A DNA stretch of 62,633 nucleotides, the filler included, from Stramenopiles sp. TOSAG23-6 (lineage: Eukaryota), in the NCBI GenBank assembly GCA_900128565.1. It is 16 parts of 16 records of this genome, joined end to end, with 100 filler letters (N's around TTAATTAATTAA, not from the genome) between each part and the next. Parts side by side here need not be neighbours in the genome. Positions count along the whole stretch, not along the records: positions 58,833 to 62,633 come from LT637370.1; 15 more parts are not named here. The stretch is one strand, 5' to 3'. Below are positions 60,493 to 62,633 of the stretch, one piece after another. Within the stretch, counting starts at the first letter, position 1. Each line of letters begins with the position of its first letter. The translations under genes and the position numbers were made by a program. The notes below the pieces were generated by a model that was given only the letters and a program-made list of their open reading frames with translations, was not told where the DNA came from and ran no database searches.

Positions 60493-62450
60493 TCAAGAAT
60501 AATCTCTCTCTGGAATCTCCCATGTATTGTGAACAAAAAAACACGAAATCATGAAAAAAAACATTAGGTATGAAATTTTGGTACAAAAAAATAAAATTTG
60601 AAATTGAAAACGTACATGCAATCTCCCCTGTATCTGAATGTTTATAAATGTATTCATCACTGATTTCATCTTTTTGTTTGATCCATTTTTCTCTTTCCAG
60701 TTGCATAAGAAATTTTCTACTGTACTTAAAAAAATATTTCAAAAAAAATCATTAGGTACAAAATTTCGTATGAAAAAAACAACTAAATTTGAAATTGAAA
60801 AAAAAATAAAACAAACACTTCTGCAGTTTTTTGACGATGTTTTTCAACTTGATTTGTTCTTTTATATAAACGTATGAGTGGTGAAAAATATTTTTTTTTA
60901 GTAAAAAGAAAGTTGTTAGGTATGGAATTTAAAAAAAAAAAATTCATTAGGTACGAAATTTTGTATGAAAAAAAAATTAAATTCCAAATTCAATATTGAA
61001 TACGTACAAACGGACATTTTTCATATATTGTGTATATCCTTTCCATTGATTAAAAATTCTCATGACACTTTGATTAGCCATGTAATTTTGGAAATAAATA
61101 TATATTTTTTTTAGGGTTTGTTAGTTCTTTAAATTTCATGATACACAAAAAAAAAATTTTAAAAAATATATTTTTCTTAGGTACAAAATTTCGTACTAAA
61201 AAAAGAAAATTAAAAAAACTACAAAAAAATTTAAAAAAAGTTTAAAAAAAAATTAAAAAAAAATGTTTAGGTACAAAATTTCGTACCAAAAAAAAAACGT
61301 ACATACGCCATATAGTTTGTCGTAATATTTTATACTCTCTATCAATTCGTTGTTTTTCTTTTGTTACAAATTTTTGTACATATTTATGTTGTTCAGCTAA
61401 AATTAAAGTTTTAATTAAATGTTTATATTTTTTGGATGCTTTTTCTATTGTAATTAAATTAGTGTTAGGTTGATATGTTGTTGTTGTAGGTGTATTCTTA
61501 TTTTTATCTACAGAATTAAAGTACGAAGAAGATTCGCTAGGGTTAGGGTTCTCGAGAAGAATTTTATCCCATACAATATTTGATTGTTGTTGTTCAAATT
61601 CATTCATTTTTAATTCTACTTCATATTTTGGATGTTTTCGATTCTCATTTTCTTGATTTTGTTTTTTTTGTAACAAATCTAATATTGTATCAAATTTATT
61701 CTGTTGTTTGATGGTTAATTCTGAAATACCTTTTTTTATATTTCGTGTTTTAATTTTTTCAATTTTTGTAATTGTTTTATTTTTCAATTTTTCAATTTTT
61801 GCAATTTTTTTATCAATATTTTTTGAATGTTTTCTAATTTTTAATTCAATTTTTTTCTTTTTTTTTTCACGTAGCGCATCTGAATTTTGTTTTTCTTTTT
61901 TTTTTTCATTCATCACTTTTTCAAATTCTTCATTTTGTAACCGTTGAATTAATTCAGCAGTTGCTTTTTTTTCTGCTTTTTCGTGTAATAAAAGAAGCGC
62001 TTTTTTTGTCTTGATGGCTGTCCCTGTATTTCAAAGTAAATATGTACAATTTGAATTTTGTTAGGTGTGTATGTATGATATAAAAAAAAATATAATTTTT
62101 AATAATAATAATAATGATAAAGTTGAATAATAATTTGAAAAAAAAAAAAAAAAAAATTTTAAAATTCAAAAAATAAATTAAAAATTGGAAAAAAAATTAA
62201 AAAACGTACAAGCTTTTGTTTCCGCATTGACAAGATTTTGTTTTGCTTTTTCTCTATATTCCTTGGATAATTTTGCTTCTTTCATTGTAGTGACTGTAGC
62301 AAGTTTCATTTTGACTAGATCTGCATTTCTTCGACACATAAAATATTCATTTGGTGGCTCGCAGACAGTACGGGTACCCGGTTCACTTTTATTTATACAT
62401 TCACATTTATGAAATAATATATTTTCTGCATTCCATTTTATTATATACAT
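60493..62450 (-). CDS. Coiled-coil protein with C-terminal WW-like domain; introns 62023-62209 (AG), 61080-61302 (AT), 60874-61007 (AT), 60720-60816 (AG), 60522-60615 (AT)
   Basis: Six exons in one frame; spliced WIKQKD...YIYKHSDTGEIA|WEIP. Confidence 0.75.
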
Positions 62451-62581
62451 ATTACTTGGATCCTATATTATTATAGTATATGTATATAATAAAAAAAAAA
62501 TAAGTCACAAAATTGTATTTGTTTTTCTAAAGTTAAATACAAAATGAATTATTGTAGTAAATTATGTATAATAAAAAAGAA

Positions 62582-62617
<36 letters not shown>

Positions 62618-62633
62618 CAAAAACAAAAAAAAA

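Larger units (their letters stand above)
111..61550. repeat. About 30 dispersed short telomeric tracts, (CCCTAA)2-3
   Basis: Examples at 111, 474-505, 2373, 2442, 2597-2665, 3017, 15205, 16073-16544, 29361-30690, 39653, 40251, 40816, 41013, 46883, 49489, 50008, 52058, 54101, 61539. Confidence 0.9.
258..62209. mobile_element. Dispersed introner-like family (~44 complete copies plus about a dozen truncated at contig ends)
   Basis: Three shared blocks (GTAYGTTTT; TTTCGTACGAAATTTTGTACCTAAC; AAATATTTTTCCAAAATACAT) separated by variable A/T tracts; sense-oriented within genes. Confidence 0.85.

Noticed and set aside
1-62633. Alternative genetic code
   Set aside because: Long ORFs are open in the standard code and complete genes end in TAA, TAG or TGA; interruptions are explained by introns

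Overview
This is eukaryotic, very AT-rich DNA, probably from a flagellated protist (stramenopile-like by gene content; not provable here). The window is not a locus. It is 16 unrelated ~3.8-kb contigs joined by 100-nt N44-TTAATTAATTAA-N44 linkers, so adjacency across linkers means nothing. About 30 protein genes or gene fragments are present, including a FYVE protein, BRF1, a CHD-type helicase, NOT4, WRAP73, CPOX, PTPS, ABCA and OSCA/TMEM63. The main signal is one repetitive family of about 44 intron-like insertions, mostly 90-200 nt, with consensus GTAYGTTTT...TTTCGTACGAAATTTTGTACCTAAC...GAAATATTTTTCCAAAATACAT. Conserved protein motifs show that most do NOT end in AG: by hand count about 34 end in AT, 6 in AG, 3 in TT and 1 in AA. 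They have GTAT...ATAC inverted termini and often an AT direct repeat, like introner elements. Other notable signals are about 30 dispersed telomere dimers (CCCTAACCCT) inside exons and promoters, a CpG-depleted tyrosine recombinase fused to a telobox-type Myb domain with a tRNA-like Pol III element upstream, and a piggyBac-type MITE. All counts and splice models are hand-derived from DNA only, with no RNA evidence.
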